Part shown: piece after piece, positions 15,901-26,854 of the stretch
Layout: every line of letters begins with the position of its first letter
Numbering within the stretch: position 1 is the stretch's first letter
Source: a virus
Taxonomy: Duplodnaviria > Caudoviricetes
IMG/VR virus record: IMGVR_UViG_3300008255_000066
Span: 1-38,013 of that record
Reading direction: 5' to 3' (one strand)
DNA length: 38,013 nt
The notes under the pieces: model-generated
What the model was told of the DNA's origin: nothing
What the model saw: the letters and a program-made list of their open reading frames with translations, nothing else
The model's database searches: none
Made by a program: the position numbers and the translations under genes

Positions 15901-18900
15901 TGTCCAGGACCCCATGCGCGTGCAGCTTCATCGCCTCGTTGAGGATCTCGGGCGCCTTGGCCTCGAGCCCCCACGGCTTGGCCATGGCGCGCACGCCGGC
16001 TTCCCGCACCTTCTGACCCTTGTGCAGCATCCCGGCCAGCACGATCACCAGGTTCTGTTCCTGGCGTTCCGTGTCGCGGGGCGGGGCCGGGGCGCGGGAT
16101 GCGGATTCTCTTGGCCACAATGGTTCGGTGCTGGCCAGTTCTCCAGTAGCGCGGCGCTTCATTTCCTCGCGGAACTGCATCGAGTGGTTGTAGTCGAGCC
16201 GGTTGGTCATGCTCGAACGGCGGCCCTCGATGATCGGTATCGCCTCGGCCAGCCCGCGGCCTTCGCCGCGTTGCAGGTCCGGTTGATCGCGTTCGCGGTC
16301 GACGCGCGAAACCGCCTGCTCAACAGTGTGGCTCGATCGGGCGATGTTCGCCGCGCGGCGAAGTCCAATCGCTGTGTGTGGGGGCAGGTCGGTGTAATAC
16401 CATGCCAGCCGCTCAACCTCGGCGGCTATGGTGTGCAGCCAGAACGCGGCGCGGTCCAGGTGCCCTATTTCGGCGAGCGCTTCCGGCGAGGCGTTTGGTG
16501 GGACAACGCGGCTGGCCGATTCAGTTCCCACGTCGGCGGCGGTCCGCCGTCCAGTTGCAGGCTGTTCGGGAACGGCGACGGCATTCCCGGCTTCAGCGTC
16601 ACCCCGGACGGGGGCAGCGGGTACACTGTCCTGGTCGGTGCGCGGCGCGGCTTCATGTGGATACTCTACACCATCAACGCGGGAAGCGGCGGCCGGTGAC
16701 AACTCGGCTTGTTCGTCCACCACGGCGGCCGTGCCCTGGTCCAGTGCGGACAGTACGTCGGCGGCGGTCCGGAATCCCAGCCCGCGCAGCCAGTTCCCGA
16801 GCGCCCGGAACAGGCTCCAGACCTTGTCCAGGATGGTGCGCTCGGTCTCGGGCAGTTCGGCCCACGCGTGCGCGTACGCTTCCTCGGCCTTCTTCGCGTC
16901 CGACACGTTCGGGTACAGCGCGTCGATGTCGTGCTTGTCGCGCCACTCCTGGTCCTTCTGCTTCAGGATCGCCAGTTCGGCTTCGGTCAACACGCCGCGC
17001 TCAAACAGGCCGTGGAAGATTTCTTCCCGCGCCACGCGCAACGGGTTCCGGCTCTGCATCGAAACATGGATCACGCCGTCGCGCCACAGTCCCCAAGCCG
17101 CTTCGCCAGTCCGGGTCTGCAACAGGTCGTCGGACAGTGCCACGCGCACGCCGGCCAGCGCCGGGAACTTGGCGACCTCCGCGTGCAAGCGCGCCTGCAG
17201 GTCCGCGCGGTCCGCCGTGGACACGGTTTGGCTGGCGGTTGCGGACTCCGCAGCGCTGAACGCTTCTTCCGGCAACAGGTCTTCCTGCTCGGCCCGCAGG
17301 ATGTCCAGTTGCGTGCGTGCGAGCTTGCGGTAACTCGCGGCCGTGAGGGGCTTGCCAGCCTTGGCGCGCGACGGCAGTTTCGTGCTGGCCCACTCGCGCG
17401 CCCTGGTCGTTTCCTCGGGCGTAGATTGACCGGGCAGCAAGTGCGCGACGTCGGTCACCGTCTGGCTTGGGCCCCATACGTCCACCGCGCCGTCCGGGCT
17501 GGCGGCCAGGATGCCGCCGTCCTCGTGCCGCTCGAGCACCAGGAACACCGTGCCCCCGCCATCCGTGAACCGCTCGCCTACCATAAGGCTGTCGGCCCGG
17601 ATCAGGCCGGGTTCCTTGGCTGCGAGGCGTTCGAAGAACTGCCGCTGGCCGGTGTCGCCGTACAGCTTGGTCACGACCTCGACCACGTCAGAGTCCGCGC
17701 TAATACCAAGGCTTGGGTACCGCCGTGCCAGCATGCCGGCCGCCGCGTCCCAGCCCTGCGCGGTTGGCTCGTCCGTGATGCGCGCCTCAATGGCGCGGCC
17801 AGCCGGGCCGGATTCCGGTCCGATCACGCCGGCGTTGCGGAGTTCGCGCATCTCCTCGTCGCCGACCCGCACGCGCGGTGCGTCACCCCGAGCCAGTTCC
17901 AGCGGATCATCGTCCGGGTACCGGCGCTTGTTCTTCCGCTTCTTAACCGGGGCGGAGGGGGGTGCGACAGTTTGTGGCGCAGGTGTGGCAGGCTCGACCT
18001 GTGGAGCAGCGTCCGGCGCCGGCGCTTCCGGTCCGGGCTCCTGGGCAAGGGCCGCCACGCGCTGTTCCGGAGTGGGGTCGGCCTCGCGCCACTCCGCCGC
18101 CGCGGTCGCGGCCTCGGTTGCGGTCTCCGCCTCGATCGTCGCGCGCGCCTGGGCCAGCGCCGGGTCTGCCGTGTCGGCCAGTTCCCGGGCCATTTCCTTA
18201 ACCGCGCTGGCCTCGTCAATGCGCTGGTACAGATGGTCCATCTCCGCTTGGCCGGCGGCACGCAGGATGTTCCATTTCTGCGCCGTGCTGTCAGTTTCCG
18301 CCATGCTTCCGGACAGGGCCACCAGCTCCGGGTCGTCGCTGGTTTGCATGGCGCGTTCGGCGGTGTGGATGGCCGCGTCCATTTCGGCCAGGCTCTCCGC
18401 GGTGGTCACGTGCGCGACAGCGCCCACGACAGGGCTCCACAGCGACATAAGCAGCGTGGCCATGGCCGTATCGAACTGTGCCGGGTCGCCACTGAAGAAG
18501 CCGTGGTACACCCGCTTAGAGTCCATCAGGTTCGTGTCCACGGCCACACCCGTAAGCGCTTCGGCCATGGCGTCATTCTGTAACGCGTCCTGCGTGTGCT
18601 CCTGGTGCTGCTCGGTGTACATACTGGCCAGCAGTTCCGCCGCCGCGGCCGTCTTTGGGAATCTTGCGCCCTCGCGCATCAGCGTCTTGGCTGCGAGCCC
18701 GCCGAACGCCAGACTTGCCGTGTTCGTGATGACGTTCAGCTCCATGTTGCGCCACCACACCGACGACGCCAGGCGCGCCGCGGCGTTGGCGTCCGCGTCG
18801 AGCATGTGCCGGTAGTACATCAGGCTGTCTTTCCCGCCGGCGGCCCAGATGGCGTTCTGGCGGTCCGTGGGCAGGCGTTCGAACGCCTCAAGTACAGCCT

Positions 18901-19963
18901 CGGCGCGTTCGCGGGCGGCCGTGATGTCCGTGTACGTCTGTTCCGCTTCCATGCCAGCTTCGGCCACACTCAGCGCTCCACTCGGCAGCAGCAACGCACC
19001 GGCTTTCTCCTGCCAACTCGCCTTCATCAGTCGTCCCACGACCGGCAGCCGCGCCAGCAGCACGGGCGCGGTGACCTCGCCCAAGGCAGCCATGGCGGCG
19101 CTTTCGTAAGCGAACATGACAAGGTTGCCAACGCCCTGTCCGCCAATGGTGGCCCACCATGCCGCGCTGCCAAACTGGTTTCCGGATTCGCGCGCGTGCT
19201 GCAGTTCCTCGGCCTGGGCCTGGCCTGGGGCAGCCATGCGCTGGGCGCTCTGCGCGTACTTATCCAGGTTGCCGGCCGTGCGGTACAGCCCGGCCTTGCG
19301 TGCATACCAGGCCATCATCTGCGGTGACTGGACGTCGAACGATTCCATGGCGGAGCGGCCGAACGTTGCACCGCTGCCGGTCGCGTCACGGGCCGGCATG
19401 ACCGGGTCCATGAACCAGCCGCCGATGGTGTGCCACATACCCAAGTAATGGTCGCGGAAGCTGACGTCTCGCGTCTCGTTCTCGGCGGCACGGCGCCAGT
19501 AGTCCGGGGCTTCGCCCATCTGCCCGCGCATACGCCGTTCCGTCTCCTGGATCTCGCGCGGGTGCTCGGTGCGGATCATGCCCGCTAGCCAGTCGTCAAA
19601 CCAGCCGCCGGACTCAGGCGCCGGGGTCGCCTTCTTCCGTGGCTCCAATAGGTAATCGTCCTGCGCCCTGAACCACAGCGCGCGGTCGTAGGCCTCCTCG
19701 TCGGTGATCGGCCGGCCCCAGAAGTGGTCCCGGTAGAAGTCGTAATTTCGCTGGACGTCGGCCGGATCGCGCTGGAAGCGTTCGGCCAGGAACCAGCCCA
19801 GTGCATACCGTCGCTTGGCCGTCTTCTCGTCCTCGGCCAGGCCGGGCAGCGCGGCGCGCTCCTCGGGCGACAGCATGCCGGCCCAGACGCGGTCCGTGTT
19901 CACGCGCACCGCCGGGCTGGGCGGGGCCGGGCTCATGCTGTGGGTTGGCGTCGGGATGTTCAT
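12911..19963 (-). CDS. Large internal virion/ejection protein (2350 aa), polyvalent-like with zincin-like motif
   Basis: Position equals T7 gp16. Helical composition, central G.W..G.I...REEIFH...EEAYA motif and hydrophobic C-terminal segments. Confidence 0.8.
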   Translation of the reverse strand: MNIPTPTHSMSPAPPSPAVRVNTDRVWAGMLSPEERAALPGLAEDEKTAKRRYALGWFLAERFQRDPADVQRNYDFYRDHFWGRPITDEEAYDRALWFRAQDDYLLEPRKKATPAPESGGWFDDWLAGMIRTEHPREIQETERRMRGQMGEAPDYWRRAAENETRDVSFRDHYLGMWHTIGGWFMDPVMPARDATGSGATFGRSAMESFDVQSPQMMAWYARKAGLYRTAGNLDKYAQSAQRMAAPGQAQAEELQHARESGNQFGSAAWWATIGGQGVGNLVMFAYESAAMAALGEVTAPVLLARLPVVGRLMKASWQEKAGALLLPSGALSVAEAGMEAEQTYTDITAARERAEAVLEAFERLPTDRQNAIWAAGGKDSLMYYRHMLDADANAAARLASSVWWRNMELNVITNTASLAFGGLAAKTLMREGARFPKTAAAAELLASMYTEQHQEHTQDALQNDAMAEALTGVAVDTNLMDSKRVYHGFFSGDPAQFDTAMATLLMSLWSPVVGAVAHVTTAESLAEMDAAIHTAERAMQTSDDPELVALSGSMAETDSTAQKWNILRAAGQAEMDHLYQRIDEASAVKEMARELADTADPALAQARATIEAETATEAATAAAEWREADPTPEQRVAALAQEPGPEAPAPDAAPQVEPATPAPQTVAPPSAPVKKRKNKRRYPDDDPLELARGDAPRVRVGDEEMRELRNAGVIGPESGPAGRAIEARITDEPTAQGWDAAAGMLARRYPSLGISADSDVVEVVTKLYGDTGQRQFFERLAAKEPGLIRADSLMVGERFTDGGGTVFLVLERHEDGGILAASPDGAVDVWGPSQTVTDVAHLLPGQSTPEETTRAREWASTKLPSRAKAGKPLTAASYRKLARTQLDILRAEQEDLLPEEAFSAAESATASQTVSTADRADLQARLHAEVAKFPALAGVRVALSDDLLQTRTGEAAWGLWRDGVIHVSMQSRNPLRVAREEIFHGLFERGVLTEAELAILKQKDQEWRDKHDIDALYPNVSDAKKAEEAYAHAWAELPETERTILDKVWSLFRALGNWLRGLGFRTAADVLSALDQGTAAVVDEQAELSPAAASRVDGVEYPHEAAPRTDQDSVPAAPVRGDAEAGNAVAVPEQPATGRRTAADVGTESASRVVPPNASPEALAEIGHLDRAAFWLHTIAAEVERLAWYYTDLPPHTAIGLRRAANIARSSHTVEQAVSRVDRERDQPDLQRGEGRGLAEAIPIIEGRRSSMTNRLDYNHSMQFREEMKRRATGELASTEPLWPRESASRAPAPPRDTERQEQNLVIVLAGMLHKGQKVREAGVRAMAKPWGLEAKAPEILNEAMKLHAHGVLDKRQISNDPDLHAALEHSAAHLRKLKRIEEEVYQTSVGWAERLAQAKSELAADRQKASAQAVAARSGLDRDELTAIGVTPAALVKGDAPADVATFAPAIRQACLDKLIAEGHFTARKTKPETDPVWRAEYARSMVALLGETARKILPSRIREQVLVSVRELRNRAWPPGVAYIERETGRILGMIHEGRVRETKAELLHKIDRVLSLKALRGPVATRKELTARDIHPAARRCVRAIKSVYDLGLATVEERLVKLAEVMNEPTHPARTNPTAAKAWRAKLESWIPEFKSDPWYRQRDTESLMLLANMAHGQYGALRHKTETQLAGALDDITYAIKGGMKAIERAEEALQARIAGDRNAVLAALQPAKPVKDIGDFWRTVKRELAAPLDFWHRLRLIGEYATDAAHADLKALSERLGQRNQHCLDRKTTLQREWSGKLDKALEGIYGMPAWRAKRELRMARPELAAFSRNELSPRNLSRQEALQVVAYCEQLIYRKPALAWGRNKNYVQALKRALPPQDLALLNWMREFYEQTRGEVSDVAETLTGLPVVSPDALYMPMQVWRPQQGPETVIHDSPILPGALASRVQHGYDVDETHGVLDMFDRRMGDTTHLIGFGEFGRDLRGIFGTEDVNAAIERLHGKGLLDAFRGQWTDILNGGFRSGYRMAAMDWLASFTALNYLSFRIASAGSQATGVLQFGHKIGLVNVAKYMADLPSSAAWDAIRTIRDSDQFKNRYWNGPNDLLANALATPTMNRFMAILKKGMVVPAFGDQLATLAVGQGIYRDAYATAIGMGMTEAPAREAALTRLFHIVNLTQQGTDPSVRPEWSRRGGQFGRYFGIFLQNQALMYAFEYVSLKEALAGRPGARRQALNTITVNHLLCPLALGGVNLAAKALFGDDRDDEWWKIVLPTIIGGPIGGMVVFGGLTETLIAGIIAGKPPYGSIVPGDWTVRGLLNATDMVNHLTYDFDWDQAVEDADRWGRKWSGVYKDASKLYENRIAE

Positions 19964-21693
19964 TTACGCGGGGATGGCCACGGGTTGTCTTGGGGGAATA
20001 TCGATGTCTCGTAAATGTCCACGCCGCCAGCCTGACTGGCCGCACTGGCGCCGGCAGTGACGGCGGGCGGGATCTCCACGCCCCAGCTCTGCAGGGCGAG
20101 TTGTGCCAGCGCGGCGAATGGCGTTGTCCCGACCAGGTCGCGGACCCACTGGCGCGCCTCGGCCGGGCTCGCGTTCGGGTTCTTGCTGAACCACACCTTG
20201 AACTCGTCGTTTAGGCGGTTGTAAGCCGCGTCCTGGCGTCCCCACTTGGCCGCCAGCGTGGCGCGGACCTGCGCGCTGATCTTGCGCTGTTCGCTCTCGG
20301 TGCGGTTGCGCATACTGGCGAGCGCCACCGCCTCGGCGGCGGACAGTTCCGCCTGACGAAGCGAGTCGGTGACGTCTTTCACTTTGGCTTTCTCGCCCTC
20401 GCCCTCGACTACGAACCGCCGGTTTCCGAGCAGGCCCACCCCGGAATAGAACTCAATGGCATCGTGACCGGCCTTGACGGTCGCGTTCTGTTCTTTCGCC
20501 TGTCCGGTCTTGCGCGCCTGCTCAATCTCCAGGTACAGTTCACGCGCCATCTCGGACGTGCGCGGGCCGCCGTCAAAGTGCCGAACCAGGGCGGCCTGCG
20601 CCGCCTCGCTTGGGATGTCGCCATTTTCCCAGCCGAACTTCAACGCCCGTACACTCCGCAGGCTGCCGTGGTCGTCAACGGTGGCAACGTGCGCCTCAAT
20701 CATGCCTCGCCACTGTTCGGCACGCGTGCGGGTAAGCGCCTTGGCCTTCTCGGCGTCGGCAATGTCCTGCATCAGCGTGGGTTTCATGCCGGCTATTGCG
20801 GGGGAATCGTTGCGCTTGACCGCCTGGTCGAACCGTTCCATGCTCGCGCCAACCGCGTCCGCCTGATCGGCCAGGGCCTTGTCTTTGGCGGCATTCTGGT
20901 CGTTCTTCATCCCCTTGGCGAGGCGGTCGACCATTGCGACGGCATCGGCTTTGTCTTCATCGGTCAGGTATCGGAACTGCGAATCCACGCCGGCATTGAT
21001 CCGCTCTTTCAGGGTGGCCGCGTGCTGGTCCAGTTCGGCCGGGTCAGTGAACTGTGCATTCCCGAACTGTGCCGTAGCGGTGCGCTTCGCCGTCAGGCTC
21101 AGTGCGTGTTGCTGCTCGGCCAGGTACTTGGTGCGCTCGCCGCCCGTCCAATTCTGTGCGTCGGCCAGTGCGGATACCGCACCGTCGAGGCTGGCCAGGT
21201 CGCCGTACTGCACTGCCTGGGATATGGCCGTCTGGGCCTTGGCCGTCTGGTCATCGATATCGATCTGGACCTTGCGGCGCTCCATCTCTGCGCCGAACTC
21301 GGTCCGCCACCCCATCAGCGCATTGTCGAACTCGGCCAGGCTCTCGGAGCGGCGCAACTGCTTCCGCAGGTCAGCGGCCTTGCCTTCCGCGTCGGCGCGG
21401 ATGCGGTCCACGTCGGCCGGGTCGCTAACCTGGCTGGCGGCCTGTGCGGCGCGGTGACGGATCGCCATTAGGTTGGTATGGCTGTACGTCAGGTCGCCAG
21501 CTACGGCCAGCTTGCGGCGCCGGTCCATCTCGTGCAAGGTCATGCCGGCCGCCATGCCGGCCGCGCCCTGGATTGCCTGTCCCATGGCCGCCTGCCCGCG
21601 CGCCACTTCCTGCCCGAACCCGGATCCCAGCATGTTCCCGGCCGCGGCGGTCTCGACGTCCTTGCGCGCGAAGTTGAAGGGGATGGTACCCAT
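19960..21693 (-). CDS. Internal virion protein (gp15-like position)
   Basis: 577-aa Ala-rich helical ORF between the gp14-like and gp16-like genes. Confidence 0.75.
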   Translation of the reverse strand: MGTIPFNFARKDVETAAAGNMLGSGFGQEVARGQAAMGQAIQGAAGMAAGMTLHEMDRRRKLAVAGDLTYSHTNLMAIRHRAAQAASQVSDPADVDRIRADAEGKAADLRKQLRRSESLAEFDNALMGWRTEFGAEMERRKVQIDIDDQTAKAQTAISQAVQYGDLASLDGAVSALADAQNWTGGERTKYLAEQQHALSLTAKRTATAQFGNAQFTDPAELDQHAATLKERINAGVDSQFRYLTDEDKADAVAMVDRLAKGMKNDQNAAKDKALADQADAVGASMERFDQAVKRNDSPAIAGMKPTLMQDIADAEKAKALTRTRAEQWRGMIEAHVATVDDHGSLRSVRALKFGWENGDIPSEAAQAALVRHFDGGPRTSEMARELYLEIEQARKTGQAKEQNATVKAGHDAIEFYSGVGLLGNRRFVVEGEGEKAKVKDVTDSLRQAELSAAEAVALASMRNRTESEQRKISAQVRATLAAKWGRQDAAYNRLNDEFKVWFSKNPNASPAEARQWVRDLVGTTPFAALAQLALQSWGVEIPPAVTAGASAASQAGGVDIYETSIFPQDNPWPSPRK

Positions 21694-21694
21694 G

Positions 21695-22213
21695 TCACCT
21701 GCTCCCCCCGCCGCCAGAACGGCCTTGCATAAGCATGCCGCCCTGAACGAGGCTCATCCCGATCTGGCTGAACCCCTGGATCATGGCCGCCTTGCCTTGC
21801 ATATGGTACCCATAGGCTTCGTTGTTCGCCTGCGCGCGGATCACGCTGGCCCGGTCCAACAGGTTCAGTTGCTTCTGCCGGCTTTCCAGGTTGCCCTGCT
21901 GGGTGTTCCATTCATCCACGCCAGCCTGAGCCACAAGCCAGTCAGACGGTGTCCCGGTCATGAGTACGCCGCTCTTGGCGTACATGGATTCGATTGCGGC
22001 CGTCCGCAGTCGCTTGTCCCGGCGTTCCTTGCGTTCCGCGGCCAGGCGGTTCAGCCGTTCCTGCTCAGCCTGGTTCCGGGCCACGGCCGCGTCGTGCGCG
22101 CCCTGCGCTTCGGCCGCTTCCGCTGCGGTGTCCGCAGCCTGCTTCTGCGTGTACACGCCGTACCCGCCGACTGAGGCGGATATGATCAGCGCTGCGATGA
22201 GTGCCCATTCCAT
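21695..22213 (-). CDS. Internal virion protein (T7 gp14-like)
   Basis: ATG 22213. Hydrophobic N-terminus followed by QKQAA..A coil and YAKSGV.MTGTP motif. Confidence 0.8.
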   Translation of the reverse strand: MEWALIAALIISASVGGYGVYTQKQAADTAAEAAEAQGAHDAAVARNQAEQERLNRLAAERKERRDKRLRTAAIESMYAKSGVLMTGTPSDWLVAQAGVDEWNTQQGNLESRQKQLNLLDRASVIRAQANNEAYGYHMQGKAAMIQGFSQIGMSLVQGGMLMQGRSGGGGSR

Positions 22214-22224
22214 GGTGTGTGCCT

Positions 22225-25017
22225 CTAGTCGCTCGTCTTTTGGATGCCGACTTCCAGCGCCGCCAGCGTCAACGGCCCGGGCCCGGAGTTGCGCACCGCC
22301 ACATTGCAGCCTGTCGTGTGCCCGGCAGTGATCTTCGCCTTGTACCGGCCCGTCTCGGGCGGCAGCGCCTCTCCCAGCACAACCGCCGTGGTTGACCATG
22401 GCACGTCCTGCCAGGTCGTGCCGTCGTCGGCCGACACCTGCGCGCCGACGGAGTCGACCAGGTACAGCGCCATTTCCGAGACGCGGAACGTGTCCCCGGG
22501 TCCAATCCCCGTTTCCGGCCCCTGCGTCGGGTCCGTCGGCTTGACCAGGCTCACGAACGGAATGCCCACGTCGATGCGGTAGAACTCGTCGACCGTGGTG
22601 AGTACGTATGCCTCTTCCACCGCGTCGTAGGCTATCGCGTACTCGTCCGTGTCGAGCCGTCGGCCGTCTCCGTACGCCACCAGTTGCGCGCGAATCGTAG
22701 ATATCGACTGGGTCAGGATGACCTCAGTCACGCCGCCGTTGTCGGCTGCCGTGTGTCGCCAGTCCAGGCACGACGTCCATGGCTGGGTTGCCGGGACTTC
22801 GTCTTCGTACTCGCCGCCCGTGTCCAGCACCTCGAGGAATACATGTCCGTTGCGCTCCGTGAGGACAAAGACCTCATCACCGTCCTCGCCCGGGACCACG
22901 GCGACCGAGACAAACCCCTGCCCGTACGTGTCGTGCCGTGCCCAGCCGGCCACCAGGTGCTGTTTCTCGTAGGTGAACGACACGAGTACGCCGTCGTCAC
23001 GCACGGCCCATAGCGTAGCGTACGGGACTCGCTGATATGCCAGTTCACGTATGCCGCCGGCCGTCACGTGGTGGGCCAGGATCGACACGTCCGGCGCCTG
23101 GTAGCCGTCCAGTTCATAGCTGTACTCGATGCTCCGCACGGCCTGCCGACCGCGTTGCACGTACAGGACTGCTTCCTGTGTGGCGACGGCCTGAATCGGT
23201 GCGCTGCCGATCTCCGAGTGGCGGCGGACCTTGATGTTGCTGCCGCTGATTGCCTTCTCGGCGTCGCGGCCCCCCATGGTCCATTCGCCGCCGTCCGTGC
23301 CGATCATCAGTTCCTGCTTGGGGATGAGCCACTGAATCGTTTGCAGGTGGTCGGCGGACACGCTGAACACGATCGGGCTTGTTTCCAGGTTGCCAGGCGC
23401 AAAGTTCTCCCAGTCGTTGATCTCGCTGCCCCAGACCGTCTGCGGGTCGCGCGTGGTGCCTGCCACGATCAGGCGTTCGTCAAAGATGCACACGGCGCGC
23501 GGGTAGCCGTTTAACGGGCTGAAAGCGCCTTCGGCCCATCGCCAAGTCTGGGCGGCGGCGAACAGAAAGCTCTCCGTGGTGGCCGTGACCGTGTACGTGT
23601 CCGTGTAGGCGGTAATCCGGACCCAGGTTGGGCTCGTGCGGGTCACCAGTTCAAGCTTCCAACTGCAGCCGGTTGGATTATTCGTCGGTGCTATGTACTC
23701 TTTCATGTACGCGCGGACTAGCGTTCCGCCCTGGTCGATGTCGCGTTCGATCGAGCCGTTGTAGTCCGCGTCATGGCTGCAGATTTGCCCCAGGACGTCC
23801 CAGTTCGCGCCGCCGTCCGTGCTCTGTCGAAGTTCGATCGTGCCGCCCCAGCGCCCGCCCTCAGTGGTCAGCCGGACTGTGCCGTACGCTGGAATCGGTG
23901 TTGATGCGGCGTCTGTCGCGGCGAACGTGCCTACGCTGGATTGCTCTGGGGTTTCGATCTCGAAACGTATGGCGCCGTTTACCATGTCGGTGCTGAACAG
24001 GCTCTGCTCGCTCTTCAGTGTTACTGTTCCGGAGTACGCCAGGCAGGACCGCCAGTACGTTGGGTTCGAGGCTGGCGCCTTGTTTGTGCCGGCCAGAATG
24101 GACTCGTAAAATCCGGCCACCGCCTTGGTGATGACCGGGGACCCGGTCAGGGCCTCGCTGTGCTTGTTAACCCATGAGCTATACACGTTGTAGTAGACGC
24201 CGCAGTCCAAAAGCACGTAATCGGTTCCCGTGTCGACCGCCACCACTGTCCAAGTCCCGTTGTGGTAGGTCGTGCCGGTTATGATAATGGTGTCACCGGT
24301 TGCAAACGCGCTTGCGTCGGCCATGCCGAACTTCGTGTAGTAATGGTTCCGGATCTCGACTGTGCCAGCCCAGCCTGGGTGGGTGTACCTGGTCTGGTAA
24401 CCGTACACCCAAGCGATGGACGTCAACGTCTGTTGTGTGTCGCCCACCAATACCCGATCGCCTTCCGCGTACGCAGTGCCGCTGTTCCAGACTGCAGGTG
24501 AGACGGAAATGGTAGCGGACCTTTCCAGGTTCATAGGCCGCCACGGTCCGCCCGTGAAAATGTGTGCGCTCAAGCTCCAGTCGTCGTCCGCGTGGCGCGC
24601 CAGCCGGTACACCGGCACTTCCGGATGCGCCAGCCACATGACGTCATTGGTTTGAGAGACGGCAATCTTGTAGAGGTCCAGCCCCGCCCACGGCGCGTCT
24701 GCGATCGTGTCCTTCAACGTTCCGTCCGTGGCGTAAATCTGCAGAGACAGGTCCCCGTCGTCGTCGCAGAATACAATGAGGTACGCTGTGTCCTCGCTGT
24801 ACTTGAACACGAGCGTCCGCAGCGCCACCGTTGCGCGACTCGGTTCGTACACGTGCGCCAGCACCTTCGTGCCCGCGCGCCGCGTCGCGCCGCCGTACGG
24901 GGTCGGCAGCATGTTTTCGAGCGTGCGGCAGCTTGTGCCGTACCGGGCCAGGTCACTGCGCCAATGCAGTTCCGGGGCAATCTCGCCGCCGTTGAATGTG
25001 TGTCGGTAGACCGGCAT
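22225..25017 (-). CDS. Tail tubular protein B / nozzle
   Basis: FNGGEIAP, LENMLPTPYGGATRRAGT, GYPRAVCIFDERL, PQTVWGS..DWENF and VAGWARH motifs. Confidence 0.9.
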   Translation of the reverse strand: MPVYRHTFNGGEIAPELHWRSDLARYGTSCRTLENMLPTPYGGATRRAGTKVLAHVYEPSRATVALRTLVFKYSEDTAYLIVFCDDDGDLSLQIYATDGTLKDTIADAPWAGLDLYKIAVSQTNDVMWLAHPEVPVYRLARHADDDWSLSAHIFTGGPWRPMNLERSATISVSPAVWNSGTAYAEGDRVLVGDTQQTLTSIAWVYGYQTRYTHPGWAGTVEIRNHYYTKFGMADASAFATGDTIIITGTTYHNGTWTVVAVDTGTDYVLLDCGVYYNVYSSWVNKHSEALTGSPVITKAVAGFYESILAGTNKAPASNPTYWRSCLAYSGTVTLKSEQSLFSTDMVNGAIRFEIETPEQSSVGTFAATDAASTPIPAYGTVRLTTEGGRWGGTIELRQSTDGGANWDVLGQICSHDADYNGSIERDIDQGGTLVRAYMKEYIAPTNNPTGCSWKLELVTRTSPTWVRITAYTDTYTVTATTESFLFAAAQTWRWAEGAFSPLNGYPRAVCIFDERLIVAGTTRDPQTVWGSEINDWENFAPGNLETSPIVFSVSADHLQTIQWLIPKQELMIGTDGGEWTMGGRDAEKAISGSNIKVRRHSEIGSAPIQAVATQEAVLYVQRGRQAVRSIEYSYELDGYQAPDVSILAHHVTAGGIRELAYQRVPYATLWAVRDDGVLVSFTYEKQHLVAGWARHDTYGQGFVSVAVVPGEDGDEVFVLTERNGHVFLEVLDTGGEYEDEVPATQPWTSCLDWRHTAADNGGVTEVILTQSISTIRAQLVAYGDGRRLDTDEYAIAYDAVEEAYVLTTVDEFYRIDVGIPFVSLVKPTDPTQGPETGIGPGDTFRVSEMALYLVDSVGAQVSADDGTTWQDVPWSTTAVVLGEALPPETGRYKAKITAGHTTGCNVAVRNSGPGPLTLAALEVGIQKTSD

Positions 25018-25029
25018 GTCCCCTCCCGG

Positions 25030-25611
25030 TCAAATCCAACTCATACGCCGTTGCGACCAGCGGTGGCGTCGCGCGCGGTACGTGATGCCCGTTCCGTGCA
25101 TGGCTGACACACGCCGGGCCTGGGGCAGGATCCGCGCGTCGAACACGGCCCGGAGCGCTTCGGCCGTTTTCACGCCCTGCTCAAGCTTCGGCGCGACCTG
25201 GATGGCCAGCGCGTACGCAATGACGTCGAGGAGTTGCGGTCCCCAGTCCCCGACCGCCTCGGAGTATGCCAGGTACCGGAACGTCGGCGCGTTGCTGGGC
25301 GTAATGAGGTATTCGCCCTCAATGCGGTACGTGTACCCGTCGATCTCCTCGAGGATTCGCAGGCAGTCTGCCGGCAGTGCGTACATGTACCAGTCGTCGG
25401 ATGACAGTTCTTCTTCGGGCTCGGTCGGCGCCCACTCGGTAATCAGTTCGGGCCACCGATAAGCCGCCTCGTGCGTGCGCAGCACGCCCGGGAACACGCG
25501 GCGCAATGTCGGCGCCGGCTCCGTCGTGCTGTCGATCGAGGATATCGCCGGCTCGCCCAGCAGCGTAAGGGCGAGATTCGAAACCTCGGTAAGGGTAGAT
25601 GCTTTGTCCAT
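25030..25611 (-). CDS. Tail tubular protein A / adaptor
   Basis: SNLALTLLGEPAISSID and YALPADCLRI motifs. Lies directly after the capsid gene. Confidence 0.85.
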   Translation of the reverse strand: MDKASTLTEVSNLALTLLGEPAISSIDSTTEPAPTLRRVFPGVLRTHEAAYRWPELITEWAPTEPEEELSSDDWYMYALPADCLRILEEIDGYTYRIEGEYLITPSNAPTFRYLAYSEAVGDWGPQLLDVIAYALAIQVAPKLEQGVKTAEALRAVFDARILPQARRVSAMHGTGITYRARRHRWSQRRMSWI

Positions 25612-25641
25612 CGCGCGTGCCTCCCTCAGTCTGGGAAGGGC

Positions 25642-25676
25642 GCCCCGGCCCGTCGCACGGGGCGGCGGGTCGGGGC
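25642..25676 (-). terminator. Strong GC hairpin after the capsid gene (no U-tract)
   Basis: GCCCCGGCCCGTCGC / GCGGCGGGTCGGGGC 15-bp imperfect stem in the capsid-adaptor intergenic region. Confidence 0.45.
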
Positions 25677-25699
25677 ATTGCCCAGGGGGTCAATCACGC

Positions 25700-26656
25700 T
25701 CAGGAGCCGGCGCCGGTCACGGTGATCTGCAGGCAGCGCAGGTCATCGACCCGCACGCAGCCCGCGAACTCTTCCATGTACGCGACCCAGTGGAAGCGCT
25801 GGTCGGCAGACTTGCCGATCTCCTGGATGAAGGGGTCGAACTGGTTCCAGGTCACCCCGAACTCGGTCCAGGCGTAAATGGTCTCGTCCTCGCCTTCGGT
25901 CACCTTGAGCGCCGGCACGACCACGGCGTGGGCGCCGTAGATGTCCGGGAGCTGGCCGGTTTCGAGCGTGCGCACGGACGTGATGAAGTCTTTCGACTCC
26001 AACTTGTCGCCCGAGTTCATGATCAGCCGCCGTTTGGCGGCCGGGCTCATGGCCACGAACACGCGTTCGTTGGCCGTGTACTGTTCCTCGAACTTCTCGA
26101 GGATCAGCGCGAACATGTTCTTCTCGATGTCCTCCACCGCCTCGCCGGTGGTAATGGTGATCTGCTGGCTGGCGGGCATCGAGACGCTGGACAGGGCGCC
26201 CAGGTTGCGGCCCCGGCTGACGGTCGCGGCGGACAATGCGGTGAGGACCAGCGCGTCTTCGCCCTTCCACACGCGGGCCATACCGCCCCGGAGCGTGTTG
26301 CTCTTCGAGTCCGCGATCTCCGCTATCTCGTTTTCCTTGTTGAAGTGGAAGCCCCAGTCGATGCGGCGCGGCAGGCACAGCGTGCGCTGCTTGTTCATGT
26401 TCATGTGCGGGGTCTGCAGGTCAAGCCAGTCGTCAAGGTCGGGGCTCTCGATCTCTTCGTAGCGCTCGCGGTTCTTCGTGGCCGACAGCAGCGTGGTGTC
26501 GGCATCGTCGTCCGGGCCGATGGCGTCGAGAAAAACCGCCTCGCCCTTCTTCGATTCGTGCCCGACCAGTTCCTTCAGCAGGCTGCGCTTCTGACTGCCA
26601 GCCAGTTCGAGAACCGCGTCCGAGAACGCTTCCTTGTAGTGCTCATTGTACGCCAT
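25700..26656 (-). CDS. Major capsid protein
   Basis: Follows the scaffold gene. QKRSLL near the N-terminus and C-terminal GCVRVDD, as in BPP-1-like capsids. AAGGAG RBS. Confidence 0.85.
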   Translation of the reverse strand: MAYNEHYKEAFSDAVLELAGSQKRSLLKELVGHESKKGEAVFLDAIGPDDDADTTLLSATKNRERYEEIESPDLDDWLDLQTPHMNMNKQRTLCLPRRIDWGFHFNKENEIAEIADSKSNTLRGGMARVWKGEDALVLTALSAATVSRGRNLGALSSVSMPASQQITITTGEAVEDIEKNMFALILEKFEEQYTANERVFVAMSPAAKRRLIMNSGDKLESKDFITSVRTLETGQLPDIYGAHAVVVPALKVTEGEDETIYAWTEFGVTWNQFDPFIQEIGKSADQRFHWVAYMEEFAGCVRVDDLRCLQITVTGAGS

Positions 26657-26854
26657 GGTCCAGGTCTCCTTGCGTGTGCGTTCGCCTCACGTGCCCGTTG
26701 GAATCGGATGGGGGGTCTCCGACGGCGTCTCCGGCTGTCGGCCGGGACCGTCATGGCGTTGCTCGTCACGCCTTCGACGGCCTACGCCCCGGGCCGTGTC
26801 GCGTTGACACGGGTGTCCTGGACTTCGGCAATGATCTTCGGTCTACGGTCTGCC

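Noticed and set aside
13028-16699. 1223-aa + strand ORF, and similar long ORFs 1808..3298, 16709..18583, 25475..27508
   Set aside because: Antisense shadows of GC3-rich minus-strand genes, with no recognisable motifs.
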